Assembly (NCBI RefSeq): GCF_009914755.1
Contig: NC_060945.1
Source of the DNA: the human T2T-CHM13v2.0 reference genome, Homo sapiens
Reading direction: 5' to 3' (one strand)
Length of the DNA: 64,000 nucleotides
Each line of letters opens with the position of its first letter. The first letter of the stretch is position 1. The translations under genes and the position numbers were made by a program. The notes under the pieces were generated by a model that was given only the letters and a program-made list of their open reading frames with translations, had not been told where the DNA came from and made no database searches. Shown here piece after piece: positions 28,225-41,770 of the stretch.

Positions 28225-29150
28225 GCAAAAATTCTGTGACACTAACTGTATTAGGTGCTGAGGTTATAAAATTGATTGTCTAGGCTCTAAACCTTTCATC
28301 AAAGAGAGAAAAATATGACATAAATAACATATTAAGTATACACGTGAATGTGTGTGTATAAAAGTCCAAACTGAGACTAGAGATACATTGTAAGAAGGAT
28401 AATTGATATTAAAATCTGAAGATTGAGTTGCAAGCCTTTTGGATGTTAGAAACACATTCCAGATAGAGGGGAAAATAGTATGTATAAAGGAATTGAACAG
28501 AGTAAAGTCATTTGGTTCTCCAGGAACTGAAAAGAAAGACAAGCATGGTTCAAGTGCATAGAGAAAATGGGGGAGTGGCAAAAAAGATAAGTTGGAGAGA
28601 TAGTTGTTGCACAAGTCCTCCAGTTGCACAGGTTTGTGAATGGTTTGATATTTTATCATATTTTAATCAATGTGAAATGGGAAATTATAGTTAACGACAA
28701 ATTTTATTTTACATATATACTCCTTTTTAATGATTCCCATTTCCCATGTGTAGGGAATACAGGAGTGTTCTTAAACGACAAACTCTTTAACTTCGTGGAA
28801 TTTACATTTTTGTGGGTTGGGAGAGCAAAAAATAATAGTAAAGAATAAATATGGCATTCTTAATATTTTCACTGCTGATGAGAATTATGAAGAATGATAC
28901 AGCAGGAAAAAGTAGTGAAAGGAATTAAAACGTGCTATTTCCTCCTTTATAGGCTTGTCAGGGAAGCTCTGAAGGTGAGGAACAGAACGTGATGAGGTCA
29001 GAGAGATGTGTGAGTGGTAGGTCCTGGATGAGCATATAAGCCATCTTATAAACTTTGGCTTTTAATCGCTTGAGGTTAGGTGAGAGCAGTTGGTAGGGAA
29101 TACCATGTGTCTATTTTAAATATGTTTGAAGCTATTATAGTATTAGAAAA
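28225..29150 (-). mobile_element. Two adjacent L2 fragments
   Basis: actgtattaggtgctgagg, cattccagatagagggg...aggaactgaaaag, and gggaatacaggagtg...ttcgtggaatttacatt. Confidence 0.6.
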
Positions 29151-29240
29151 GACTAGAAGGAAAAATAAAAGATGTCTCCTAAAACTGTGTATTTGATATG
29201 TTTACTGAGAAAAGGAAGTCTAAGCAAATAAGAGGTATGA

Positions 29241-29590
<350 letters not shown>

Positions 29591-29784
29591 TAGATATGTA
29601 AGCAGAGGTTTCCAATTGGCATTTGCATATGTCCATCTGTAGTTCCAGGAAAGGTTTTTTTGGTAGGCACTATAGTTTTGGGCAACCCTGGAATATACAT
29701 ATTTTTTAAAAGAGGACTTCTTAAGTTCCCATGAATCTGCAGTATTTAAATTTAGAAGGCTAAAATATAATCTATTTGGATTTT

Positions 29785-30100
29785 TAAACATTTTTGTTAA
29801 ATCATAATATACACACAGGAAAATGCACAAATCTTGATGAATTTTGACAAGTTCAATGTAACCATGAAACTATCACCCAAATCTAGAGACAGAACAGTAT
29901 AAGGTCCCAAAGGATCCTTTGTGCTCTTTTCTATTGACTATAGCTTCCAAAGTGCAACCACTATTCTAATATCAATGAGCATAAATTGTTTGTACTCCAT
30001 ATAAACTAAATCACAATAATGTACTTTTATCCTGGATTTCTTTGGTCAACACTTTGTTTGTGAGATTTCTCCATATTGCTATAAAAATGTATATAGTTCG
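29785..30100 (-). mobile_element. L1ME 3'UTR fragment
   Basis: aaaatgcacaaatctt...gatgaattttgacaa...caaccactattct...tgtgagatt. Confidence 0.7.
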
Positions 30101-30819
30101 AATTTTGAAATTAAATTATTTTTTACAAGGCTAGAATTTTACTTTATTTTTAGAGAAGATAATGTGGAAGGTTTAACTCAATCAAACGTTTTATAAATGT
30201 TTTATAACTGGTAAGTGGAAGTACTTACCTGATTTTTTTTGAGCAAAGTAAATCTTCCAAGTTTATATACCTGCACAAATGTCCACTTTACTTATTGTTT
30301 GATATATAGATATTCTGCAACACAAAATAAACTAAACCTAAAAACATATACACACATGCATGGAGGTAAACATGGATCATGTGTGTGCATGTATGCATGT
30401 ATGCATGTATGTAAAATGTAATTGCGTAGCCAATTGGAAAATTAATTTAAATTTATAGAGATAATACAGGAAATAAAATGACTACTTTTTTTGTACTGCC
30501 AATTGCTTTATCCATAATGATTGCCAACAGTAAAATTTAAACATTTTCTAAAACTCATTCTCCCAGCTTTTTGGAAGATTCTTTTAGTTCATTCATAATT
30601 TTTTGATTGTGGTAGCTGTGTATCAAACTTTGAATTTAAAAGCTAGAAATGTTTATTTTCCCTGAAATAGAACACATTTGTCACCACTAAGAATTTCATT
30701 TGCTTTACTTTATTCACATAGAAAATGTATGGAATAAATAAGACATCCCAGCATGCAGAGATCTGAAATAAAATTCCAGTGCACCAATAAAATAAATGTG
30801 TTTATTGTACATGATTCTA

Positions 30820-30985
30820 ATAATAAATATTGTGTTAGTGTTTACTGAGCACAGACTAGGTCAGTGTATATCTCTCTTTCATCAAATGAACACAAAGATC
30901 TTGTGAAGATAGTGTTATTGTTTTCATTTTATATATTGATTTATAATTTAAAAAGCTTAAATAATTTGTCCAAACTCATCGAAAA
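30820..30985 (-). mobile_element. MIR fragment
   Basis: tttactgagcac...gtgttattgttttcattttata...ttaaataatttgtccaa. Confidence 0.5.
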
Positions 30986-32549
30986 TCTTGAGTAAAAAAG
31001 ATTTCTGTCAGGCTTTCTAGAACTCTGAACATATAAATACAGTAAAGAGGAAGCAGAAAATACAATTGCAAATAGAACTACACACCAGCCAGTATTAGCT
31101 AAACATTAAACATTAGTTTAGTTTTAATTTTGAAGCAAATTTATTAATATACATAAATAATTCTCCAGATATTTATGTCTTTTCTCTATAAGCTAAATTT
31201 TGGGATCTATTCTGTATGTTTGTATGTCTGCATTTGTATGCTTATTCTTGTCTCCCCTGCCGCCCTTTCCATCTCTCTTTCTACATGGATAGGTAGATAG
31301 ATAAGCAGACAGATAGCTAGACCCATTATAACATTATATTAGCAGTTAAAGGACAGGAGATTTTAAAAAGCTTATGAAAGAGTAATTAATAATGAACCCC
31401 TGGCTATGCCAGGAAATCTAGTGACAAATTGGCTATGTAGAAAGAACAGGTAACAAGCCATTATTGATGCTGATTAGTTGTCACAAAGAAATAAACATGA
31501 AGCTTAGTCATTGATAAGTCTATTAAAAGGTAAGTGTTTGTAAGAAATATGAAAACGCTTTACAGACTAAATATATTGGAAGAAAAATTGGAGAAAAATG
31601 AGCGAGTCTTTAGAGAAAAGAATAGGGGTGGAGCTGCCTGTACAACTGAAATTGCACTGACCATGAAAACCATTAATAGAAAATTGGACAAGGAAAATTT
31701 AGGAGATGGAAGAAACGATTATTTTTAATAAATGATTTCAAAATTGTTATACCATTTAAAAAATGTTTGAGATACTAATTTGAAATTTCTAGTCCAAAGA
31801 CCCGAAAGAGTTAATATATGTAGGGAAGTGACTAATGCATTTTCGGGAAGGTCCTTTAAAAAAAATTAAAACTTTAATAACACAACTGCAGTTGAAATCA
31901 CATTTACATCTGAGATAAAGAAAATAGTAATGTTATGGCTGATTTGAAATAATGCAGACTAATCGTAAAATAATAGCTATAACAATAATGGAATTAAATG
32001 AGTAATTCATTTTACAGATTAATCTCTGTGGGTTACATTAGCTAAAGACAAACATTTATTTGCAAGTTTTTTTTCTAATATCAGTGTAATGAAGAACTAA
32101 ATTGTACAAGACTATACAAAAATATTTAAGACATCTTTTTTTGTATATAGATCACTGTGAAAGCTTTCCCATCTTTCATTGCTATTTTCTTGATTACTAT
32201 TAATTTTTATAATTCACAACTTTTACTTTACTATTCTTCAATATGGTACTTCATTGCAATTGGCTACCTAAGTAAACTTTATACATATGAAACAAAACCA
32301 AACAAAATGATAAGGTTGTGGGCCATGAATTTTTTATTATTTTGTCTGGATTAATTCAAGGTACGCCTCAGTAGCACTTTCTTATTCAAGACACTGAGGG
32401 TAGAAAATAATTGTTATTTCCAATACCTAATTCCAACATAAACTGGCAGGCAGGAATAAAGTTAAGTCTTCTGATTGAGAGGGAACAAGTTAGTAATAGT
32501 GTTTGCTCAATTCCTTATAAATGAGGATTACTGTTTTAACAAAAATCTT

Positions 32550-32837
32550 GGCTGGGCGCGGTGGCTCACGCCTGTTATCCCAGCAATTTGGGAGGCCGAG
32601 GCAGGCAGATCACGAGGTCAGGAGATCCAGACCATCCTGGCTAACATGGTGAAAACCCATCTCTACTAAAAATACAAAAATACAAAAAATTAGATGGGTG
32701 TGGTGGCAGGCGCCTGTAGTCCCAGCCACTCGGGAGGCTGAGGCAGGAGAATGGAGTGAACCCGGGAGGTGGAGCTTTCAGTGAGCTGAGATTGCACCAC
32801 TGCACTCCAGCCTGGGCACCAGAGCGAGATTCCGTCT

Positions 32838-32877
<40 letters not shown>
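32550..32877 (+). mobile_element. AluY with pure A39 tail
   Basis: Y diagnostics gaccatcctggctaac, gaatgg.gtgaacccgggaggtggagct; duplicated linker aaaaatacaaaaatacaaaaaa. Confidence 0.95.
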
Positions 32878-32879
<2 letters not shown>

Positions 32880-34272
32880 TTGCCTCTAGAGAAAACATTC
32901 TACTTCATTTTTTTTTTGTCGACCTAATGTAGCTAATCATCTCAAATGTGAGCTGTTAGGTGAGAAGTTTTACATATTAAAAATCAAGTATTTTTCAATC
33001 AGTTGATAATCACTTTCCTGCTCTCTGTAGGTGACTATTGATTCATTGGTTTGAAATAATATGAGACAGTTGACAGACAGTAATAGTAATGTAAGCAATT
33101 CTCCTCAAGTAAAAAGAGCTTTGTAAATATGAGATTGTTTCTCTCCATTTCAGTATAAGATATTTAATTCCTCATAGTCTTATTAATTGCACTGTTAATC
33201 TTTTGATATAACTTCTTTTAAAAAATTAAAACAATAAAAAATAGAATTATATTACTACTACTAATAAATCAGAAAGCTTTAAATTACTATAAATATATAC
33301 TGTAGTATGCGAAAGTATATACGTGCTATACGTTTCTCATGCTTTTACTGAGAAATAGTCCTTTATAAAAATAAATAGAAGGGTATTTCATTCCTTTAAT
33401 AATTTATTGTCGTAACTTCAATGGTTATATCTTAGCTGCAACAAGATGGAATGACAAAGGTCTATTAATGTAATACAATAAGGAAATCATGTGTGGCCTT
33501 TGTCACAGAATACCAAACACATGTAATTCAGGCCAAATTTGAATAACGTGTTACCTAGCAAAGTGGTATGCTTTGCTTTGCTTTATTCTAGTGCTGTGCT
33601 TTATTCTTTTTCAGAATTTGTTTCAAAAACCCATTGCCTGACCTTAATCCAACCTCTATCCTTGAGTCCCAACAGCCTGCTCTCTCAGGAAACTTTGTGC
33701 ACACACTGAACTGCTTGCTATTCTTATTCACATTCTAAGACACTTTCCAAGGAGAGGGATTATTTTCATCTTCAAGTCAAGATGTGTCTTTGAAATCCAG
33801 AAGACTTGAGGAAGTATTGGAGACAATGCAGTTTTCCAAGAGGAAAGTTAATGGAATGAGGAGTGGCTTATAAACATGAGAAAGTAAAATGACTAAGTTC
33901 TCAAGAATGAGAGCAAGTTAGCAGGGTCAACTTTATTCTAAATGAATATTTTATATTATTTCAGTAGTGGAAATCTTTTAGACAGTGAGTGTCAGTATAG
34001 AGTGAAGTAATGAACATCTCATCAACAGTGAAATAATATGAGGAATTTTAGAAAGCACAAAAAGTATAAAATTTACTATAAATCATTTAAAATACATATA
34101 AAATACATATAAAAATCATAAGTCCAAAATTTCAATTTGAAAAATGATCAAATGTTGGTTGGAAAAAATTTTATTAATTGTTTAATAATCTTAATTTTTT
34201 TAATTTTTAATTGTTTTATTGGAGTTATAAAACAATCATATGTCATTTTGTAATAATAGTGTACTATATGGC

Positions 34273-34410
34273 TGTCCTAGTCCATTTACTGTTGCTTACA
34301 ACAGACTCCCTATAACTAGGTAATTTATAAAGGACAGGAACTTATTTCTTACACTGGTGGGGGCTGAGAAGTCCAAGATCCCAGGACTGCTTATGGTGAT
34401 GGTCTTATTT
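34273..34410 (-). mobile_element. MST-family MaLR LTR fragment
   Basis: tgtcctagtccattt...ggtaatttataaag...gctgagaagtccaagatc. Confidence 0.75.
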
Positions 34411-34719
34411 TTCCAGGACTTGTAGGTCAATAAGTCTGAAACGACTAACGTTGAATTTTGGTTGAAATCACTAGAGCATAATGAAGACTTTCAACTGAAG
34501 GGTTGCCTGCATCACCCTCTTTAACTTTAGATGACAGATTTTTGCACTCTTCTCAGGTACTCAGTTATGTTGTGTGGCTAATATTTAATAAGAAAGTTAA
34601 TGGCATTTGGAATCTCATATCAGGGCTCTAATGCCAACAGCTGTAGCTATTATTCCTTTCACCCATGTGTATATGATCGGCACTCTACTATGGGAAGCTC
34701 CTGAAGAACTGCCTAAGAA

Positions 34720-34817
34720 CAAGGTACTTATTCTCTGTATCCCTAGCAAACATCCCAAGTATGGAAATGGAAAGCACTCAACCAATTTATAAATAAAAGA
34801 ATAAATGAATGAATGAT
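34720..34817 (+). mobile_element. L2 3' end
   Basis: tctctgtatccctagca...gcactcaa...aaatgaatgaatga. Confidence 0.55.
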
Positions 34818-34896
34818 ATGGATCTTATTACAGATTTCATTAGTTTCATGAATATCATACCTATAATGATACCTAGCAATAGACTTCCTAGAATAG

Positions 34897-35085
34897 TACA
34901 TTTTAAATTCAGATTATAAGTAATGAACATTAACTTTTAAGTTGTGTTGATTAAACATAAGCAATTATAATAATATTTTGTGAAAATTTGCAGAATACAT
35001 TTTAAATTCAGATTAAAATTAATAAATATAACTCTATTAGTTGTATTGATTAAACACAAACTAATATAATACGACTTTACAAAAG
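34897..35085. repeat. Diverged tandem duplication, 99-bp period
   Basis: tacattttaaattcagatta at 34897 and 34996, with similarity continuing through agttgt(g/a)ttgattaaaca. Confidence 0.85.
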
Positions 35086-35839
35086 GCGTCATAAAAGTAC
35101 TTATCACATTTAACATGTAAATTTCTTCTGCTGTTTATAGCCATGCCAAGTAATGTATGTTTGACACTTCATATGACACTTCAAAATTGCACTTTGTAAT
35201 GCAATATTTTGACATATAACTGCAAATAAAGACTAAATGACTGCAAGAGAAAAAAAGTGACAGATACTCCAGCCTGCTTTATTCAGCCATGTTAGCAACA
35301 GCTAACCCTGAAACTTTTAAATGATGATAGAGTAGAAATAAAACAGAATTCTGGTCCCCATATAAGAAATGAGAGATTAAGAAGGGAAATATCACATTGA
35401 TTTGAAAAATACCATTTTAAAAGTATTTGATGGTTTGTTTATTTCTGATTATGAAAAAAAAAAGGCTTGGTTTGAGATAATGGAATATAAAGAACATTGC
35501 TGCTTTCCTCTCTCAAAAAACACCTTCAGATACCAAGAAGACACACAAAAAAATGCAAATTAATAGTTCACAAAATAAGGAAATATTTTTAACCTAAAGC
35601 TGCAACATATGATGAAGAGCTGCCAAATAACATAAGGCTTCAAGAAGTGTTGCAAAAGATGGCCAAGGAGACGTCTGCAGCTGCAGGCCTCAGGGATAAC
35701 TCAGTTTTGCAATAGCTATGATTTCTTGCTTTAAGTAATAGTAAGGAGAACTGCTGTCTGATGTATGAAACTTTCTCTGTCTGGTTTGCAACCATAAAGA
35801 AGTGGTGGAAATGTGTGTTGGAAAGAGAGATAACCTAGG

Positions 35840-36277
35840 TGTCATGGTTAATACTGTCAATTTGATTGGATTGAAGGATGCAAAGTATTATTCCTGAGTG
35901 TATCTGTAAGGGTGTTGCCAAAGGAGATTAACATTTGAGTCAGTGCATTGGGAAAGCAGACCCACGCTCAATCTGGGTGGGCACAATCTAATCAGCAGTC
36001 AGCATAGCCAGAATAAAATGCAGGCAGAAGAACGTGGAGCAATTAGACTGGCTAAGCCTCCCTGCCTACATCTTTCTCCCGTGCTGGAGGCTCCCTGCCC
36101 TCAAACATCAGACTCCAAGTTCTTCAGCTTTGTGAATGGACTAGCTTCCTTGATCCTCAGTTTGCAGATGGCCTATTGTAAGACCTTGTGATCATGTGAG
36201 TTAATACTCTTCAATAAATTCCTCTTTATATATACATCAATCCTATTAGTTCTGTCCTTCTAGAGAACTGTAATACG
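35840..36277 (+). mobile_element. MLT2A1-like HERV-L solo LTR
   Basis: tgtcatggttaatact...gagaactgtaatacg; perfect 5-bp TSD ctagg; AATAAA near 36213. Confidence 0.92.
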
Positions 36278-36374
36278 CTAGGTACACCATGTTTGTTACA
36301 AACATTCTGCCTGTGAGAAGCCGTTTATCTGCTAATCTCTGTTAGATGAGGAAGGGTGAAGAAAACAATAAATT

Positions 36375-36830
36375 ACAGATCCCAATGGGAAATCGATAGA
36401 TTTGGCTACATAAAAATTGGTATTTACGATTTTTTAAAAAAATCTCCCAAATAGTTACAAATAATACTCTAGAAAGTAATTGTAATGAATGCAAAACACA
36501 TTCACACATCCTTAATATAAAAGCTGTAGAAAATATTAAATATTTTACCCTTAAATAGATGTAAGTCAAAACGTGAATATTTTGCAGAAAAATTCATCAA
36601 ATTAATAACTGTCTATAATATCAACAATAAACACAAAAATGAAATTTGCCTTTTTATTAAACAATTTTAGAAACATTAATAAAGTAAACATATTATTTGC
36701 TGGTGAGTGGATCATATAATAGACACTTCTATAGCTCTCAGATATATTATTGTATATGCAATGAGAAAACATCAATATAACATTTCTGGATGAAAATGTA
36801 GCAATGCAAACAATTATCTAACGTTTAATA
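36375..36830 (+). mobile_element. Ancient L1M ORF2 fragments
   Basis: gaaatcgatagatttggctacataaaaatt; ttgctggtgagtggat...acatttctgga. Confidence 0.45.
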
Positions 36831-36911
36831 AATTGATATAGCATAGAGCATCATAACAGACAGTGTTTAGAAGAAAAACCATAAAATTACTAAAAGAAAA
36901 TGTAAAAGCAC

Positions 36912-37212
36912 CATCTAGCATGGTAGCTCATTCCTGTAATCCCAGTGCTTTTGGAGATGGAAGCCAGAGAATCACTTGAGGCCAGGTGTTTGAGACCAGC
37001 CTGGGCAACATAGTGAGACTTCATTTCTACACAAAATTGTAAAATTAACCAGGTGTGGTGACACACACTTGTATTCTTAGCTATTCAGGAGGCTGAGGCA
37101 GAAGGATTGCTTGAGCCTAGAAGTTCAAGGCTGCAAGGAGCTATGATTGCACCACTGCACTCCAACCCAGGTGACACAGCAAGACCTTGTCTCTAAAAAT
37201 AAAATAAAAAAA
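36912..37212 (+). mobile_element. AluJ (Jo/Jr-like)
   Basis: cttgaggccagg, gcaacatagtgagac, ttcaaggctgca. Confidence 0.9.
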
Positions 37213-37974
37213 TTAAAAAGTTAGAAGCAGAGCACACATTAGGCAGTCTCTGTGTTAGTTGATGACTGATGTAACATGGGACATTCCTTCGATGTATATA
37301 TACTTAAGGCAAGGTATATACTGCCCTCGCCCCTCCTCTACCACTCAGAGGTGAACTCTCTCCTAAAATTCCCTCCATTCAGTATATTGGTGATCAGTCA
37401 CAAAGTAAAGAAAAAGAGGGAAATTTGCATGTTTTATAATCTCTGGAGGTAGAGTTTGATGGCAAATATTGACAAATTAGGTGAGAAAGGCAAAGATCAG
37501 TAAAGAAACCAGTAAAAATTTCCAAAACTGGAATTTCCTCTTGGGTCACTAGTGTGAATCATAAAGAAAGGAAAGGACAAAATAAGTAGTTCAATAATGC
37601 ACTGAGGTAGCATATTTTAAACATTTGAATCATTTTTATAAAGTAAAACATGCCATTTAACCTAACTATGACACTACTTTTACATTTTGAGGTACTTTCA
37701 TAGAATGACATCTGTTGTTTCTGAACACTGGATGCACTTTATCTGAAGTAACTTAACATTAAATGCATCAGTACTGATTGATTGTTTAAATCATTGTTAT
37801 TAGTAATCTAATTATTTGACCTCAATTACCTTTGTTATTTAGGCATGAGTGATATTTGATAAGGGATGCAAAAAGTTAACAGTTTTTGAACCAAAAATCT
37901 ATCTTTAGGAAACTTCCAGAAATGTAGACAAATATTGAGATTTAAGAAAATGCTGTTTAAATAATAATAAAAAC

Positions 37975-38670
37975 TAAATGATCTCACCAACTTGTTAGCA
38001 TGGCCATTATAAAAAAGTTAGAAAATCATAAGCATTTGTGAGGATGTAGAGAAATTAGAACCTTCTTCCACTCTTGGTGAGAATGTCAAATGATGCAGTG
38101 ACTATGAAACACAATATAGAGGTTCCTCAAAACATTAAAAATAGAACTACCGTATCAGCCAGCAATCCCGCTTATGGGTATTTATCCAAAATAATTGAAA
38201 TCAGAATCTCAAAGAGATATTTGCACTCACGTATTTATTGCAGCTTGATTCACAATAGCCAAAAAGTAGAAACAATCAAAGTATCTACCAACAGATGAGT
38301 GAATCAAAAATAATGTGAGATATATATATATATACACACACACAATGGTCTATTATTCACCCATGAAAACAAGAAAGTCCTATAATATGCTGCAACACGG
38401 ATGAACTTTGAAAACATCACGCAATGTGAGTTAATCATTTCACATATCTGAGATGACTAAAGTAGTCAAACTCATGAAAGCAGGGGATAGAGTGGTGGTT
38501 GCCAGGGCTGGGGGAAGGGAGTAAAGGGGAGTTTCTGTTCAATTCTTATAAAGTTTGATAAAGTTACACAAGATGAAAAAATTCTAGAGATCTGCTGTAC
38601 GACACTGTGCTTATAGTTAACGACACTATGCTAAAAATGTGTACATGTGTTAAGAGTGTAGAGCTCATGA
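37975..38670 (+). mobile_element. L1MB1/2-like 3' end
   Basis: ORF2 end and 3'UTR ttctagagatctgctgtac...atagttaacgacact. Confidence 0.85.
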
Positions 38671-38675
38671 TTGCC

Positions 38676-38987
38676 TTTTGTTTTTGTTTTTGAGACAGTA
38701 TCAGTCTGTCACCCAGACTAGAGTGTTGGTTTGTGATCTGGTGTGATCGTAGCTCACTGAAGCCTTGATCTCCCAGGCTAAAGTGAACCTCCCATCTCAG
38801 GCTCCCAAGTAGCTGGGACTATAAGTGTGTGCTACCATGCCTGGTTATTTAAAAAAAAAAAAAATTTTGTAGAGACACATTCTCACTATATTGTGCAGGC
38901 TGGTCTCAAACTCCTGGACTCCAGCAATCCTCTTGCCTCAGCCTCCCAAAGTGCTGAAATTACAATTGTGAGCTATTGTGTCTAGCC
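38676..38987 (-). mobile_element. AluJ
   Basis: Antisense dimer with J diagnostics. Confidence 0.9.
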
Positions 38988-39181
38988 AAAGTTTTGCTTT
39001 TTTTTTTCCCCCAGGATAAAGAAAGGTGAATGAGAATGGGAAAATAAATTGCATTTTGTTAACAGGATGGACTATTATATAGACATAAATTCCATGTATT
39101 TGAAAAAATTTTTGTCACAGAAAAAAATGAACATTAATAGTAAATGAAATTAATAATAAAAATCATACCTATAGTATTACA

Positions 39182-41770
39182 GGTTTCTTTGTTGGCTTTC
39201 TGTCTTGATGACCTGCCTAGTACTATCAGTAGAGTATTATAGTCCCCCACTCCAACTGTGTTGCTGTCTCTCATTTCTTAGGCCTGGTACTAATTGTTTT
39301 ATAAATTTGGGAGCTCCAGAGCTAGGTGCATATATATTTAGGACTGTGATAATTTCCTGTTGTATTAGTCCTTTTATCATTATATAATGTCCCTCCTTGT
39401 CTTTTTTAACTGGTGTTGTTTCAAAGTTTTGTTTTGTTTTTTCTGATACTGGTGTCCATTTGCATGGAATATCTTTTACCACTCATTTACCTTAAGTTTA
39501 TTTGCGTCCTTATGTGTCAGGTGAGTCTCTTGAAGACAGCAGATAGTTGGTTGGTGAATTTTTATCCATTCTGCCATTTCGTATCTTTTAAGTGGAGTAT
39601 TTAGGCCATTTACAGTCAACATTAGTATGCAGATGTAAGGTACTATTCTATTCATCATGCTAGTTGTTTCCTAAATGCCTTTTTTTTTCACTGTGTTATT
39701 TTATAGGTCCTGTGATATTTATGCTTTACACTTATTCTATTTTGGTGTATTTTTAGATTTGTTTCAAAATTTAGAGCTCTTTTTAGCAGTTCCTGTAGTA
39801 CTGGCTAAGTGGTAAATTCTCTTAGCATTTGTTTGCTTGAAAAACACTACCTTTTCTTCATTCATGAAGCCAGTTTCCCTGTATACAAAATTCTTGGCTG
39901 ATAACTATTTTGTTTAAGGAGGCTAAGGACAGGACCCCAATTCCTTCTAGCTTCTAGCATTTCTGTTGAGAAACCTGCTGTTAATCTGATAGGTTTTCCT
40001 TTATGTTACCTGATACTTTTGCCTCACAGTGCTTAAGATTCTTTTCTTCATCTTGACTTCAGATGACCTGATGACTGTGTGCCTAGGCAATGATCTTTTG
40101 GGGATGAATTTCCCAGGTGTTCTTTGAGCTTCTTGTATTTGGATGTCTAGATCTCTAGCAAGGCTATGGATGTTTTCCTTGATTATTCTCTCAAATATGT
40201 TTTCCAAACTTTTAGATTTCTTTTCTTCCTCAAGAACACCAATTTTTATTAGTTGTGGTCATTTAACATAATTTCAAAATGTCTTAGAGGCTTTGCTCAT
40301 TTTTTTAATATTCTTTTTTGTCTATTCTGGTTTGTGTTAATTTGAAAGCCTTCTTTTTGAGCTCTGGAGTTCTTACTTCTACTTGTTCTATTCTATTGCT
40401 GAGACTTTTCAGTGCATTTTGCAATTCTCTAAGTGTGTCCTTCATTTCCAGAAGTTGTGATTGTTTTTTATTTCTGCTATCTATTTCACTGAAGGTTTTT
40501 CCATTCATATACTGTGTCTTTTTTTTTTTTAATTCTTTAAGTTGGTCTTCACCTTTCTCTGGTGCCTTATTGATTGGCTTAATCGCTTACCTTTCAATAT
40601 TTTTTCTGGCAATTTAGATACCTTGTCTTGGTTTGGATCTATTGCTGGTGAGCTAGTGTGATCTTTGGGGGGCATTAAAGAACCTTGTTTCATCATATTA
40701 CCAGAATTGATTTTCTGGTTCCTTCTCACTGGGGTAGACTATGTCAGAGGGAAAATCTGGGACTCAAGTTCTGCTGTTCAGACTCTTTTGTGCCATGGGT
40801 GCTTTCTTGATGTGATGCTTTCTCCTTTCCCCTATGGATGGGGCTTCGTGAGAGCCAAACCACAGTGATTGTTATTTCTCTTCTGGATCTAGCCGCCCTG
40901 CAGAGCTACTGGGCTCCAGGCTTGTACTAAGTGAGTGTCTGCAAAGAGTCTTGTGATGTGATATGTCTTCAGGTCTCTCAGCTATGAATACCAGCACCTG
41001 CTCTCATGGAAGTAGCAGGAGAGTGAAGCAGACCCTGTGAGGGTTCTTGGTTTTATTTTTGTTAAGTGTGCTGCTTTTGTGTTGGTTGGCCTCCAGCCAG
41101 AAGGTGGCGCTTTTGAGAGTGCATCAGCTGCTGTGGTATGAGGAGGATCACGTGGTGGACAGGGACCTAGAGCTCCCAAGAGATTATGACATTTGTCATC
41201 AGCTACCAGGGCAGATAGAGAAAAACCATCAGGTAGAGGCAGGGTTAGGTGTGTCTGAACTCAGATTTTCCTTGGGTGATGCTCACTGTGGCTGCTGTGG
41301 GGTATAGGGGTGTGGTTCCCAGGCCAATGAAGTCATATTCTCAGGAGCATTATGGCTGCCTCTGTTGCATCACACAGGACGCTAGGGAAGTGGGGAAAAG
41401 CTGACAGCCACATGTCTCACCCGGCTGCCGTGCTGCCCACAGCCAGAAAGGCTGGTCTTACTCCTATTGTGCCCCCACAACAGAACCAAGTTTATTTCCA
41501 AGCAGCTGGTAAGCAGGGCTGAGAACGTGCTCCAGGCTACAAGCCTCCCAGCTGAGAATGCAAGCCAACTCACAGTTTCTCAGGCATCCTATGGAGCCTG
41601 CAGAGGCAATCCGCGTCCTTCAAAGGGTCTGTGGATTCTTTCTGCTTTCCTGGTATGTTCCTGTGTAGTTCTTGAAGTGAAAGTTCACAGTGTGGGTCTG
41701 CACACCTTACTCTGTCTGAGTGTGAGCTGCCAGTTAGTCCTGCCTCCTATCCCCCATTTTTCCTCGTCCT
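39182..41770 (-). mobile_element. L1PB-class (L1PBa-like) 5' portion: 5'UTR, ORF1 and ORF2 endonuclease start
   Basis: ORFs 39476-39658 (LTVNGLNTPLKR...CCLQETHL), 39237-39482 (KDKEGHYIMIKG...NIYAP), 40001-40207 and 40305-40508 (ORF1p); 5' terminus near 41770. Confidence 0.9.
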
